The position numbers and the translations under genes are program-made. A stretch of DNA of 63,990 bases, the filler included. It is 9 parts of 9 records of this genome, joined end to end, with 100 filler letters (N's around TTAATTAATTAA, not from the genome) between each part and the next. Parts side by side here need not be neighbours in the genome. Positions count along the whole stretch, not along the records: positions 43,380 to 50,949 come from SRR31147125_27475; positions 51,050 to 58,312 come from SRR31147125_27511; 7 more parts are not named here. One strand, 5' to 3'. The notes beneath the pieces are model-generated. The model was not told where the DNA came from. It saw only the letters and a list, made by a program, of their open reading frames with translations, and searched no databases. Below, piece by piece: positions 43,847 through 54,384 of the stretch; the stretch's first letter is position 1, and each line of letters opens with the position of its first letter.

Positions 43847-45567
43847 ATGGCAAGAAAAAAGTTTTATACAAATGAAGAAGCAAACCTGCAGGCTGAAAAA
43901 AAGAATGTATGGAATGTGGCAAAGTATATCCGCCTTTCCAGAATGGATGGAGATAACTTAGAAAGTGATAGCGTAGTAAACCAAAGAAAACTGCTTAACG
44001 ATTACATCGATGAGCATGATGAGTTCATCGGTATAGAAGAGTTTATTGATGATGACTGGACTGGAACGAATTTTGAACGTCCCGGATTCCAAAGAATGAT
44101 GAGCCAGATTGAAAACGGCGATATTAACTGCATTATCGTAAAAGACTTATCACGCTTCGGCAGAAACTATATTGAAGCAGGCAGATATCTTGAACATACG
44201 CTCCCGTCATATAATTGCAGAATCATTTCTGTGATAGATGAACTTGACAGCTTCAAAGATACGGATGCCGCTCTCGGTCTTATGGTTCGAATTAAAAATC
44301 TAATCCATGACCATAACAGTCAGGACATATCTAAAAAAGTCAGAGAAACAAAGAACATGCTTCGAAAAGAAGGTAAGTATATTTCTCCTGCTCCGTTCGG
44401 TTATAAAAAAGACCCGAATGACAGATATAAGCTGATTATTGATGAAGAAGCTGCAATCGTAGTTCGAAAAATATTTGACATGTACTTAGAAGGCATGGGA
44501 ACGATTCGTATTTCACAAAGGTTAAATGATCTTGGGATTATGACAAGAGCTGATTATAAAAAGACTGGTTCATTATATAAAAACGATAATGTTGTATCAA
44601 GCAGCCACGGATGGCGTCCGAATGGTATACAGAACATGCTGAGCAATAAAGTGTATATCGGCGCTGTTGCTCAACACCGAAGGACAACACGGAATTATAA
44701 AGACCGTAAGACAATCTATTTGGAAGAACAAGACCACATTATTGTATATGATATGCACGAGCCGATTATCAGCAAAGAGCAGTTTGGTAAAGTGCAGGAA
44801 ATCTTAAAAGCAGATGTACAAAAACTTCTCCAAAGAGCAAGGAACTGTATCTGTTTTCGGGGATGCTTCGCTGTGCAGGTTGCAAATCATCTATGATACG
44901 AAATCCTAAATTCCATAAGAACAAATGGTATGTTTATTATAAATGCCGTGGATATAACCAGCGAGGCACAAAAGTGTGTAACCATTCTCATAGCATTAGC
45001 GAGGATAAACTTGTTGCGGCAGTCCGATATGCGTTGAATATGCAAATTCAAACGCTGGTCGATATGAAACGGGTGATATGGGCTATAAATCAAAATAAAA
45101 GTATCCAACAAAAATCTATTAATTATTCTAAGCTGATTGATGAGAAAACTGCAAAGAAAGAAAAGATAAAGACTATGAAGCTAAGCAGCTATATGGATTG
45201 GAAAAGCGGTACGATCTCAAAGGACGAGTATACATTTATGCGGAATAAGTTCGATAGCATGGTTGAGAAGCTGAATAAAGAAGTATCCGCTTTGGAAACT
45301 GAAAAATTTGCTGAGGAAGATATCCGTAATAATCAGTATGGCTGGCTTGACAGCATGATAAGCAACGGTTATTTAAAAACGCTTACAAGGGAAATAACAA
45401 CTGAATTTATCGATTGCATTTATGTTGGTAAGGATAAAAAAATTCAGATAGTATTTAAGCATAAAAACGAGTTCCAGCAATTATCAGAGTATATCTCGAA
45501 GTATGCCGGAAAATGCTATGTCGAGGATGGAGGTGCAAAACGTGTATCAGATGGCTATTCAAACTGA
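43847..45567 (+). CDS. Large serine recombinase 1 (resolvase + recombinase + Zn-ribbon); 1-nt slip near 44806
   Basis: YIRLS, GTNFERPGFQRM, VKDLSRFGRNY, APFGY, HEPII; shifted frame continues LFSGMLRCAGC. Confidence 0.92.
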
Positions 45568-47142
45568 TGTATCTTGGAAAACTGCTATTTATGTCAGAAT
45601 TACTGATAATGAGAAGAAAAAAGGGTTGTATGACAGTATTGATAACCAGATAAAAATACTGAAACAATACGCACTGAAAAAAGAATTAACAAATGTCCGT
45701 ATATTTGCGGATGAGCATAAAAAGGGTGGCAACTTTGACCGACCTGCTTTTAAGCAGATGATGGATGAAATCAAACAAGGCAATATCAATTGCGTCATGG
45801 TCAAAGATTTATCACGCTTTGGCAGAGAGCATATTGAAGGAGATTATTTACTCGAAGTGTTTTTCCCAGAGAACGATGTGCGGTTGATATCCAAACTTGA
45901 ACGCATTGACAGCTTTACTGATCCAAAGCGAATGAACAGCATTGAGATTCCATTGATTAATCTATTCAATGAGCAGTATTTACGGCAGGTATCGAATTCA
46001 ACCAAAGCCAGCCTTAAGATGAAACGCAAAGAAGGTAAATTTGTAGGCTCAAGAGTGCCTTATGGATATTTGCGTTCTCCTGAAGATAAGCATCTGCTAA
46101 TTGTTGATGAATCGGTTCGGGATATTATTGTTGGTATATTTGAAATGTATCTGAATTATATGAGTTTCAAAGCTATTGCGAAAAAGTTGAATACAGATAA
46201 TATAATGACACCTTCGCAACATTATAAAAAAATACATGGTAAAGCAGTGAATCCTGATTCTATTTGGAATGCTAATACTGTACGGAATATTATAACCCAG
46301 CCGATTCTTACCGGTGATATGGTACAAGGCAGAACGGTTTCGTATAGCCACAAAGTTAAGAAGCGTGTTCCGTTACCTGAAGATAAATGGACAGTGGTTG
46401 GGAACACGCACGAGGCGATTATTGATAAAGATACTTTCAACACAGCACAAGCAATTATTGATAAAAAGTCCAGACCTACGGTAAGGAAACAGAAAACGCC
46501 GCCGTCAATATTTTCGGGATTCCTTGAATGCGGTGACTGCCATGCTATTATGCAGCGAACAACATCAACGCATAAGGGAAAAAAATACTATCATATGATT
46601 TGCAGTACATATAAGAAGCTTGGCAAAACAGCTTGTACTAATCACTTGGTTTCCGAAGATAAAATCAAAGAAGCGCTGGTTATAACAATTAATAAACTGA
46701 CGGATGCAATTGTCGATGTGGAAAAAGCACTGAAGAATAACCGGCGTGATGAGATTTCGAAGATAAGAGCAAGGCTTAATCATGATTTTAATGTTTCAAT
46801 GACTGAAAGAAAACGTATTGCGGAGCTGAAATCAGGGCTGTACAGCGATTATAAGCAGGAGATTATCTCTCTCGAAGATTATAAGGATATGAAACAGCAG
46901 TTTGAAACAAACCAAACTGGCTTGGATGAAAAGATGGACAGGCTGAAAAAGAATTATACCATCTTGATAACGACGAAATATATTCAACTGACGCAGCGAA
47001 ATCTTTTATAAAATATTCAGGTGTTTCTGAAGTTACCAGAGAGCTGCTTGGTGATTTGGTGGAGAAGATTGTTGTTGATGCTGATAAGAATATCGAAATT
47101 GTCTTCAAGTTTCGGGATGAGTTGAAACCTTATCTTACTTAA
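45542..47142 (+). CDS. Large serine recombinase 2; 1-nt slip near 46946-46950
   Basis: YVRIT, NFDRPAF, VKDLSRFGREH, PYGY, HEAII, FSGFLECGDC; shifted frame ends LVEKIVVDADKNIEIVFKFRDE; GGAGG precedes GTG 45542. Confidence 0.9.
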
Positions 47143-47164
47143 ATTAAATAGTTTATTACGAATG

Positions 47165-47193
47165 GAGCAACCGGCAGAGATGTCGGTTGTTTT
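47165..47193 (+). terminator. Intrinsic terminator after the recombinases
   Basis: GAGCAACCGGCA-GAGA-TGTCGGTTGTTTT. Confidence 0.65.
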
Positions 47194-47222
47194 GTATATA
47201 AAATTTTATACGGAGGATTGAT

Positions 47223-47771
47223 ATGAACAGATACAACACAAACAACAATAAAGGGAAGAAAAAGAAAGCAGTCATTTTACTACTTATTGCCTTAGTAATT
47301 ATAGCAGCGGTGTTTTTGCTGTTAAGAAGCTGTGAAGACGGATTGATGGTCACTGAACCGCAGGCTACAGCTGTTTACCTTGAGGATGACGGCAGCTCTA
47401 TTGAAGGCGAAGCAGAAACAAGAGAGCGGGAGGAAATCATGAAAGAACTTGAAAGACAGCAGTTGGTTGTGACAGATAAACTCAGCTCAAATATCACGTT
47501 TCCAAGCGGTACTGTAGGAACAGTCGGAGAATGGATTGTTGAAAATCCCGAAGAGAATAGCATTATCCAGCAGGCGGAAGTATATCTCGATGATGTACTC
47601 ATTGGAAAGTCCACTCCCATTTATCCGAACCAGCATATTACAGGATTAGAATTACTTTCGCCAATAGATACAGGCGAATACGAAGTCACTGCATATCTTT
47701 ATTACTATGATATCGATACAAAAGAATTTATCAGCAAAGCCGGATATAAGATTCATTTAACAGTCAAGTAA
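47223..47771 (+). CDS. Membrane-anchored protein with extracellular beta-sandwich-like domain
   Basis: GGAGG RBS; Lys-rich N-terminus, one TM helix, ENPEEN..STPIYPNQ..GEYEVTAY. Confidence 0.8.
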   Translation: MNRYNTNNNKGKKKKAVILLLIALVIIAAVFLLLRSCEDGLMVTEPQATAVYLEDDGSSIEGEAETREREEIMKELERQQLVVTDKLSSNITFPSGTVGTVGEWIVENPEENSIIQQAEVYLDDVLIGKSTPIYPNQHITGLELLSPIDTGEYEVTAYLYYYDIDTKEFISKAGYKIHLTVK

Positions 47772-47902
47772 TGGTTTTAAATATCTAAGCAATTAATTAG
47801 CTGCTGCCAAAGGTTTCAAGCTTAAAGGCACAGTTTTTATATATTAAAAATTAGTTAGTCATCCGGTTAAAACCGGTAAATAAAAAACACGGAGGATAAT
47901 AC

Positions 47903-48493
47903 ATGAAAAAGATTCTACTTACAATGGCAGCGGTGATGCTGCTCCTTATCTCGACTGCAGTTCCAGCATTTGCGGCAGATACAACTACAACCGGTGAAGG
48001 TGACGTTTCGGCAACCGTGCCTGTTGAAGGGACAATCCAAGCGCTGACGATTTCAGTTACTCATCCGGCGACTATTACGTACTCAATAGATCCAAACACT
48101 GGAGATACATATGGAATAATTGCACCGGACATTTTACTTGTTAACAATACTTTGGTACCTGTTAGGGTTACGGTTGAGTCTATGGCTTCTGCTCCAGGTG
48201 GGACGTTGCAGTTTGCAGATGTTTTACCTATAGACAGAGACTGGGCAAATCTAAACTTAGCAGATTCAAAGGAGTTTATTGCCTTAGGGTTAAGTGTTCC
48301 GCCAAATGCTATGGAATGGAATGCTGGGTATAATGAAGGCACATTTTTCGCTGCAGAAATGTCAAACATCGAGTTTGGAACATTGAATTACAATAGCATG
48401 GGCGTTTTGTCGCTTGTTGCAAATCATGGTTTAGCGTTTGACCAGTCATATACTGCAATGCACAGCTTGATATTTATGTTCAATCTTGTGTAA
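47903..48493 (+). CDS. Small secreted single-domain protein (pilin/WxL-like)
   Basis: GGAGG RBS; signal peptide ending AFA; mature domain homologous to the C-terminus of 48594-50552. Confidence 0.8.
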   Translation: MKKILLTMAAVMLLLISTAVPAFAADTTTTGEGDVSATVPVEGTIQALTISVTHPATITYSIDPNTGDTYGIIAPDILLVNNTLVPVRVTVESMASAPGGTLQFADVLPIDRDWANLNLADSKEFIALGLSVPPNAMEWNAGYNEGTFFAAEMSNIEFGTLNYNSMGVLSLVANHGLAFDQSYTAMHSLIFMFNLV

Positions 48494-48525
48494 ACGGTAT
48501 TTCAAATTGACTAAATAAGAAAACC

Positions 48526-48572
48526 GAGCATGGTCGGAAATTCTACCGGATGACTGCCGACCATGTTCTTTT
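48526..48572 (+). terminator. Intergenic stem-loop with T-tract
   Basis: GAGCATGGTCGG / CCGACCATGTTC followed by TTTT. Confidence 0.6.
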
Positions 48573-48593
48573 ATTTTAAGATAAGGAGGAAAC

Positions 48594-50552
48594 ATGAAAA
48601 GAATAATTACACTTATTGTTATGACGCTCATTATGCTGTGTTCCAGTATAACAGTAAATGCGATGGAAGCTGGCAATGTGCAAGTCGTTTCAAACGGAGA
48701 TACAACATTTCTAATAGAAAGCAGCGGTTCAGTAAAAGCTTGGGGCCAGAATGATAATGGCGAAGTCGGGAATGGAACAACTGATGACCAGTATGCACCC
48801 GTAGATATAGGGCTATCAGATATAAGAGAAATAGTTACAAATACAAATGGAAACGGATTTATATTTGCTATCGATAATACCGGTCAAGTGTATGGCTGGG
48901 GATATTCAGGATATGGGCAGTTAGGTCTTGGAGTATATGGCAATGTATTGGCTCCAACACAAATCACATCACTTCCTGAAATATCTAAGATACGAGTAAA
49001 CAATTATACGGTTTACGCAATTACTCCTGATGGTGATGTTTATGCTACTGGTAAAAATGATTATGGACAAGTCGGCAATGGCACTAAAACTACCCAAACA
49101 ACTTTTGCCAAGATTAATCTATCAAACGTCAGAGATATTGTTTGTATGGGCGATGTTGCGTATGCCATTACTTATGATAAACGTGTTTATGCTTGGGGAA
49201 AGGGCAACGACTGGCAGATTGGCTGCGGAGAATATTTAACAGCACAAACAACTCCGGCTGAGATTACAACAATATCAAATGTCGATGAGATTGTAACTAA
49301 TGGATGCACAACTTTCGCTATTATGGATAATAGACAGGAAGTATATTCTTGGGGTGAAAGCTGGTTTGGGGAAGCTGGTAACTATAGTGAAAAATCTGCG
49401 ACCCCCAAAAGGGTTGTAATCATATCTGACATAGATGAATCGGTAAAAATGCTTACGATTGTCAACAATACTACTTTTGCAGTCATGAGTGATAATACTC
49501 TATACGGCTGGGGAAGAAACGGAAGTAATGAACTCGGAAACGGCGGCACATTTGATCAAAGGACACCGCAAATTATTCAGAATATTCCTAAGGTGAATCA
49601 ATTTATTTTCAATGGATACACCGGTATTGCACTGGGAGTTGATGGATATGTATATGTATGGGGAAAGAATCCTTATGGAGAAGCCGGTATAGGAAATACA
49701 TATAGAATAGCTACTGCAATAAAACTAAGCGTTTTAGGTAATGATATATCAAAAATATTTAACGGCAATAATGCAATGTACGCTACTGATTCAATTGGAA
49801 CTTTATATGGCTGGGGTAATAATTCGAAAATGCAGATTGCAACTATTGGAACTAGCTTATGTACACCGACTGAAATAAATGGCATTAGCAGCGTTCAGGA
49901 AATTGAGAAGGTAGGCAATGCGGTTTTCGCCTTAGATGCTGATAACGTCATATACGCTTGGGGCGATAATACATATGGTCAGATTGGTGATGATACAACT
50001 GTAAATGTTCAGGTGCCGTTTGTGATAACAAACAATGAAATGGTGACGACAGAAGGTACTGGTAATGTAAATAGTACTGTGCCGATTGTTGGTTCGATAA
50101 ATGCGTTGGAAATATCAATTACTCATCCTGCTAATATATCATATACGATTAATCCAAATGTTGAAGACGGATTTTATTGTCCAGATATCCAAATCCAAAA
50201 CAATTCCAAAGTGCCTGTTAAAATAAGCATAGAAGCTTTCAGAGCGAATTCTAACGGCGATATAGTGTTTGAAGATGTATTGCCTAGCACCATGGATTGG
50301 AACAGCTTAAGCAGGCAGGAGGCTAAGACTTATATTGCTCTTGGTTTACAATATGTTGATTCAGGACAATGGTTGATTTCAGTATCTGAAATGACTAATC
50401 CTCTATATGCAGTTGAAATTGATAATACATACATTGGTGCATTATCAAAAGGAGGAGCAGCATCACTTTGTTTATGTGGCTATCATGGCTTAGCCTTTGA
50501 TGGCAATTATTCCGCAAATCATGACTTGGTGTTTGTAGTGTCACTTTTGTAA
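48594..50552 (+). CDS. Secreted RCC1/BLIP-II-repeat beta-propeller protein with C-terminal pilin/WxL-like domain
   Basis: Signal peptide; about 9 repeats of G.VYAWG.N.YGQ.G.G; C-terminal ~170 aa paralogous to 47903-48493. Confidence 0.88.
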   Translation: MKRIITLIVMTLIMLCSSITVNAMEAGNVQVVSNGDTTFLIESSGSVKAWGQNDNGEVGNGTTDDQYAPVDIGLSDIREIVTNTNGNGFIFAIDNTGQVYGWGYSGYGQLGLGVYGNVLAPTQITSLPEISKIRVNNYTVYAITPDGDVYATGKNDYGQVGNGTKTTQTTFAKINLSNVRDIVCMGDVAYAITYDKRVYAWGKGNDWQIGCGEYLTAQTTPAEITTISNVDEIVTNGCTTFAIMDNRQEVYSWGESWFGEAGNYSEKSATPKRVVIISDIDESVKMLTIVNNTTFAVMSDNTLYGWGRNGSNELGNGGTFDQRTPQIIQNIPKVNQFIFNGYTGIALGVDGYVYVWGKNPYGEAGIGNTYRIATAIKLSVLGNDISKIFNGNNAMYATDSIGTLYGWGNNSKMQIATIGTSLCTPTEINGISSVQEIEKVGNAVFALDADNVIYAWGDNTYGQIGDDTTVNVQVPFVITNNEMVTTEGTGNVNSTVPIVGSINALEISITHPANISYTINPNVEDGFYCPDIQIQNNSKVPVKISIEAFRANSNGDIVFEDVLPSTMDWNSLSRQEAKTYIALGLQYVDSGQWLISVSEMTNPLYAVEIDNTYIGALSKGGAASLCLCGYHGLAFDGNYSANHDLVFVVSLL

Positions 50553-50613
50553 TTTCTAGTTTTGAAATTTGCTAATACAAAACTTGAATGATAAGATAAA
50601 AGCACGTCAGATA

Positions 50614-50949
50614 TGAACTGCCCCCGGTATAACAGACAGAGAAAAAAGCACTCTATCGCAGAAAATCATAAAATTACGCAAGCTGACGCCGTTTTTCATA
50701 AGGTGTCAGCTTAGTTTTTAGCTGAATACGCTCATGGTTGTAGAAATGGATGTAATTATTTATAAGGTTTTTAGCTTCATTGATTGTTTTAATTTTCACA
50801 CGATTAATGCACTCGGATTTTAAAATTCCAAAGAAGTTTTCAGCAGGGGAATTATCCAGACAGTTTCCACGCCTTGACATAGAAGGCGTAAAGCCATATT
50901 CTTTGGTTAGGTTGAAATACCCGTATGAAGTGTATTGAAACCCTTGGTC
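50614..50949 (-). mobile_element. IS3-family insertion sequence, 3' end (transposase C-terminus 50674-50949)
   Basis: DQGFQYTS..SMSRRGNCLDNSPAENFFGILKSE..YNHERIQLK..TP; terminal TGAACTGCCCCC at 50614. Confidence 0.9.
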
Positions 50950-51049
50950 NNNNNNNNNNNNNNNNNNNNNNNNNNNNNNNNNNNNNNNNNNNNTTAATTA
51001 ATTAANNNNNNNNNNNNNNNNNNNNNNNNNNNNNNNNNNNNNNNNNNNN
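50950..51049. other. Artificial contig-joining spacer
   Basis: Same 100-nt spacer. Confidence 0.99.
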
Positions 51050-53130
51050 ACCTGTGCATTCATATTGGCACCATCCATAAAGACCTGCCCACCATTTTCA
51101 TGGACTAGAGCACACACATCGGTTATGTGCTTTTCAAATACACCATGAGTAGAGGGATAGGTTATCATAATACCGGCAAGATCGTCTTTATGTGCATGTA
51201 CTTTATCTTCAAGGTCCTGAATATCAATGTTACCGTTCTCATCACACGCAACAATAATGACGTCCATTCCAGCCATAATGGCGCTGGCCGGATTGGTTCC
51301 ATGCGCTGAAGAAGGAATAAGCATGACATTGCGCTGATCCTGACCGCGTTCACGATGATATGCTCTTATTATCATTAGACTTGTATACTCACCCTGGGCA
51401 CCGGAATTGGGCTGCAAAGAGGCAGCAGCAAAGCCAGTCATCTCGCAAATATAATTTTCCAGTTCTTTAAAAATAATTGTATAGCCTTTTGCCTGCTCAA
51501 CCGGAACAAATGGATGCAATTTAGAAAAATGCGGCCAGCTTACCGGTAGCATTTCTGTTGCAGCATTAAGTTTCATTGTACATGATCCAAGAGGGATCAT
51601 TGACCTGGTTTGTGAAAGATCCTTGTTTTCCAGGCTCTTTATATAACGCATCATTTTTGTTTCTGTATGATAGGTATTAAAGACAGGGTGCGTTAAATAA
51701 TAACTTTTTCGACTCAAATAATCCGGGATATTTATCTTTACGTGTTCTGTTTCCCGATCAAAATCCCTACTCTTTTCAGTGCTTCCAATAGCCCGTGCAA
51801 AAATAGCCGTTATGTCCTGCACATCCATTAACTGTGTTGTTTCATCAAGAGATATACCAATCGTTACATCATCGATATATCTAAAGTTTATATTTTTTTC
51901 TTCTGCCAGTTGACGCATTTTTTTCTGACTCACATTCTGACCGGCAGTTAGCTCTATGTTAAGAGTATCAAAATAGAACTCATTTGTTTGCCTGAATCCA
52001 AGCGTTGCAACTTCTTTATCTAAAATTCGGGTCAATTTATGAACACGCTCCGCTATGGCCTTTAACCTCTTCGGTCCATGATAAACAGCATACATTCCTG
52101 CCATAATGGCTAAAAGAACCTGAGAAGTACAAATATTAGAAGTTGCCTTTTCCCGACGGATATGTTGTTCCCGGGTTTGCAAGGCCATACGATAAGCATT
52201 TTTACCGTGTTTATCAAAGGACACACCAACAATTCGACCGGGTACCTGACGTTTAAATTTTTCTCGAGTGGCAAAAAAAGCGGCATGTGGCCCACCGTAT
52301 CCCAATGGCACGCCAAATCTCTGTGTGGAGCCAACAACAACATCCGCACCGAGTTCTCCGGGAGGAGTGAGCAAAAGCAGGCTCAATAAATCAGCGGCAA
52401 CAGCAATTCGAATACCTTTGTTTTGTGCCTTCTTTATAAATCCGGAATAATCATAAACACGACCATTCTCAGCCGGATATTGTACAATAGCACCAAAAAA
52501 TCCATCCAAGCTAATATTGCGAAAATCCCCTGTTTCCAGGACTATTCCCAAGGGTTCGGCCCGTGTTTTCAGAACATCTATTGTTTGAGGAAATACGGAA
52601 TCTGAAACAAAAAACTTTTTCGCACCTTTTTGAATCAATTTGTTTTCTACTCGATAAAACAGGGTCATTGCCTCAGCAGCTGCGGTAGCTTCATCCAATA
52701 ATGAGGCATTCGCCACTTCCATTCCGGTTAGATCTGAGACCATGGTTTGAAAATTTAAAAGTGCTTCAAGCCTTCCTTGTGAAATTTCAGCCTGGTAGGG
52801 AGTATATTGGGTATACCAACCGGGATTTTCAAAAATATTTCGTTGAATAATGGATGGAGTTATGCAGTCATAGTACCCGAGACCAATAAAAGATTTCGCT
52901 ACTTTATTTTTCTCAGCCAGCTCTCTGATATGTTTCAGATACTCATATTCTGATGCAGGTTCAGGTAAATGGAGTGAATCCTGTAATTTAATATTTTCAG
53001 GAATAATTTCACGCAAAAGCGTTTCGAGAGAATCCACTCCAATTATTTTAACCATATCCTCCATTTCTGAAGGATCCGTTCCAACGTGCCTGTAAAGAAA
53101 ATCGTTCTTGTGTGTCATAGAGCAAGACAT
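51050..53130 (-). CDS. gcvP: Glycine dehydrogenase (glycine cleavage P protein), 3' truncated
   Basis: YTPYQAEISQGRLE, NASLLDE, GGPHAAF, REKATSNICT, PLGSCTMKLN, QPNSGAQGE, SAHGTNPAS, MDGANMNA. Confidence 0.97.
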
Positions 53131-53233
53131 TTCTATTCGAAAAAGGTTATACCTATGTAATAGTAGAACAACGTTACAAAACACCACTTTACTGTGCTTA
53201 AAAAAGAATCAGAATGCGAATTTTCTTTTAGAG

Positions 53234-53830
53234 TTAAACAAAAATCGGATCGTGTACATACCCTTCTCGTTTGGCATATCTTTGTAAACTTTTCTGTAAC
53301 ATCCGCCGACCACGAAATAATCGGGACATAACCGTTCCGATAGGTATTTTTGCTCTGGTGGCAATTTCTTTATAAGAAAGACCCTCCACATCGGCCAGAA
53401 GAATAATCTCCCGAAAATCTTCCGAGAGTCGTTCAAGTGCTCTGTTGATGTGATCGTCAAAGAGCTCCTCGTATTTCTTTTCAGCATAAACGTTGACTTC
53501 TTTATGTTCGATGCTGGGTTCGTCATCCTCAATAAAAAAGGCAACCTTTTCAAACTCGACCTGTCGGGGCGTTCTTACTTTTTTGCGGTATTTATTAATA
53601 AAAGTATTTGTTAAAATGCGAAAAATCCAAGCCTTGAAATTTGTGCCTTTCTCAAATTTATCGAAAAATTTAAAGGCACGCAAATAGGTATCCTGAACAA
53701 GATCCTCTGCTTCTTCCGTGTTTTTCGTCATCCGTAAGGCAGTACTATACAACATATCCATGTATTGCAAGGACAAACTTTCAAAGCTGTCATCATTTTC
53801 TACTTTGCTAACTGTATCATTAGTATTCAT
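53234..53830 (-). CDS. ECF sigma-70 factor
   Basis: AEDLVQDT, FKAWIFRIL.N, GLSYKEIA..IPIGTVMSRLFRGR. Confidence 0.93.
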   Translation of the reverse strand: MNTNDTVSKVENDDSFESLSLQYMDMLYSTALRMTKNTEEAEDLVQDTYLRAFKFFDKFEKGTNFKAWIFRILTNTFINKYRKKVRTPRQVEFEKVAFFIEDDEPSIEHKEVNVYAEKKYEELFDDHINRALERLSEDFREIILLADVEGLSYKEIATRAKIPIGTVMSRLFRGRRMLQKSLQRYAKREGYVHDPIFV

Positions 53831-54384
53831 AGTAGCCCCTCCATATTCAATGTTATCGTTATTGCCTATTAGATGCAGAGATTATTAAAAGGACTCATAA
53901 TAATTTCATTTTTCTGTCAATTCTTATATAAACACGCATATCAGCCCTTGAGCGTTATGAGCGTATTATTGCAAGTTATAACAAATAGGAATTTCTCATA
54001 TTCCCAAAGTGCAACAAAGAATGACAAAAAAATAAACTTTTTTAGTCTTTGTGTCTGATGGCTATCGTGAATCACATGAAATCGTTATTTCGTGCGATGT
54101 GCTGTTTTCAACTCACTCTTTGTTAGTATGTGGCTCCGGATCAATTTGAGTAGCATTAACGTGAAGAAAATCTGATGAGTAGGCAAAAAATAAATAAAAC
54201 AGTGAATATCATGGAAACAATTTAGTCCACAACTTACTAAATCCCCAAAGGCAGATTAATCATACTCTTCTTATAAATCTATGATTTTATTTAAAAATGT
54301 CAATAAAAATAATAAAAAATTAAAATTACCCTGAAAAAACCCGAATTATGACTTTTATTTCATTAAAAGAGAAAAGTCATATTC

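Larger units (their letters stand above)
43380..50613 (+). mobile_element. Part of a clostridial-type integrative element (recombinase module plus probable cargo); boundaries unknown
   Basis: DUF6870-like gene plus tandem large serine recombinases; att sites not identified. Confidence 0.6.

Noticed and set aside
44790-46960. Programmed frameshifting in the two recombinases
   Set aside because: Same single-A loss pattern as in housekeeping genes elsewhere in the window; no dedicated slippery site plus structure identified.
53131-53233. Glycine riboswitch upstream of gcvP
   Set aside because: About 100 nt of AT-rich sequence without the GGAGA/CAGG/CUCU aptamer cores.
53860-54380. Possible ncRNA in the 550-nt gap between rtcB and the ECF sigma gene
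   Set aside because: No recognisable tRNA, Y-RNA or riboswitch fold by eye; an Rfam search would be needed.
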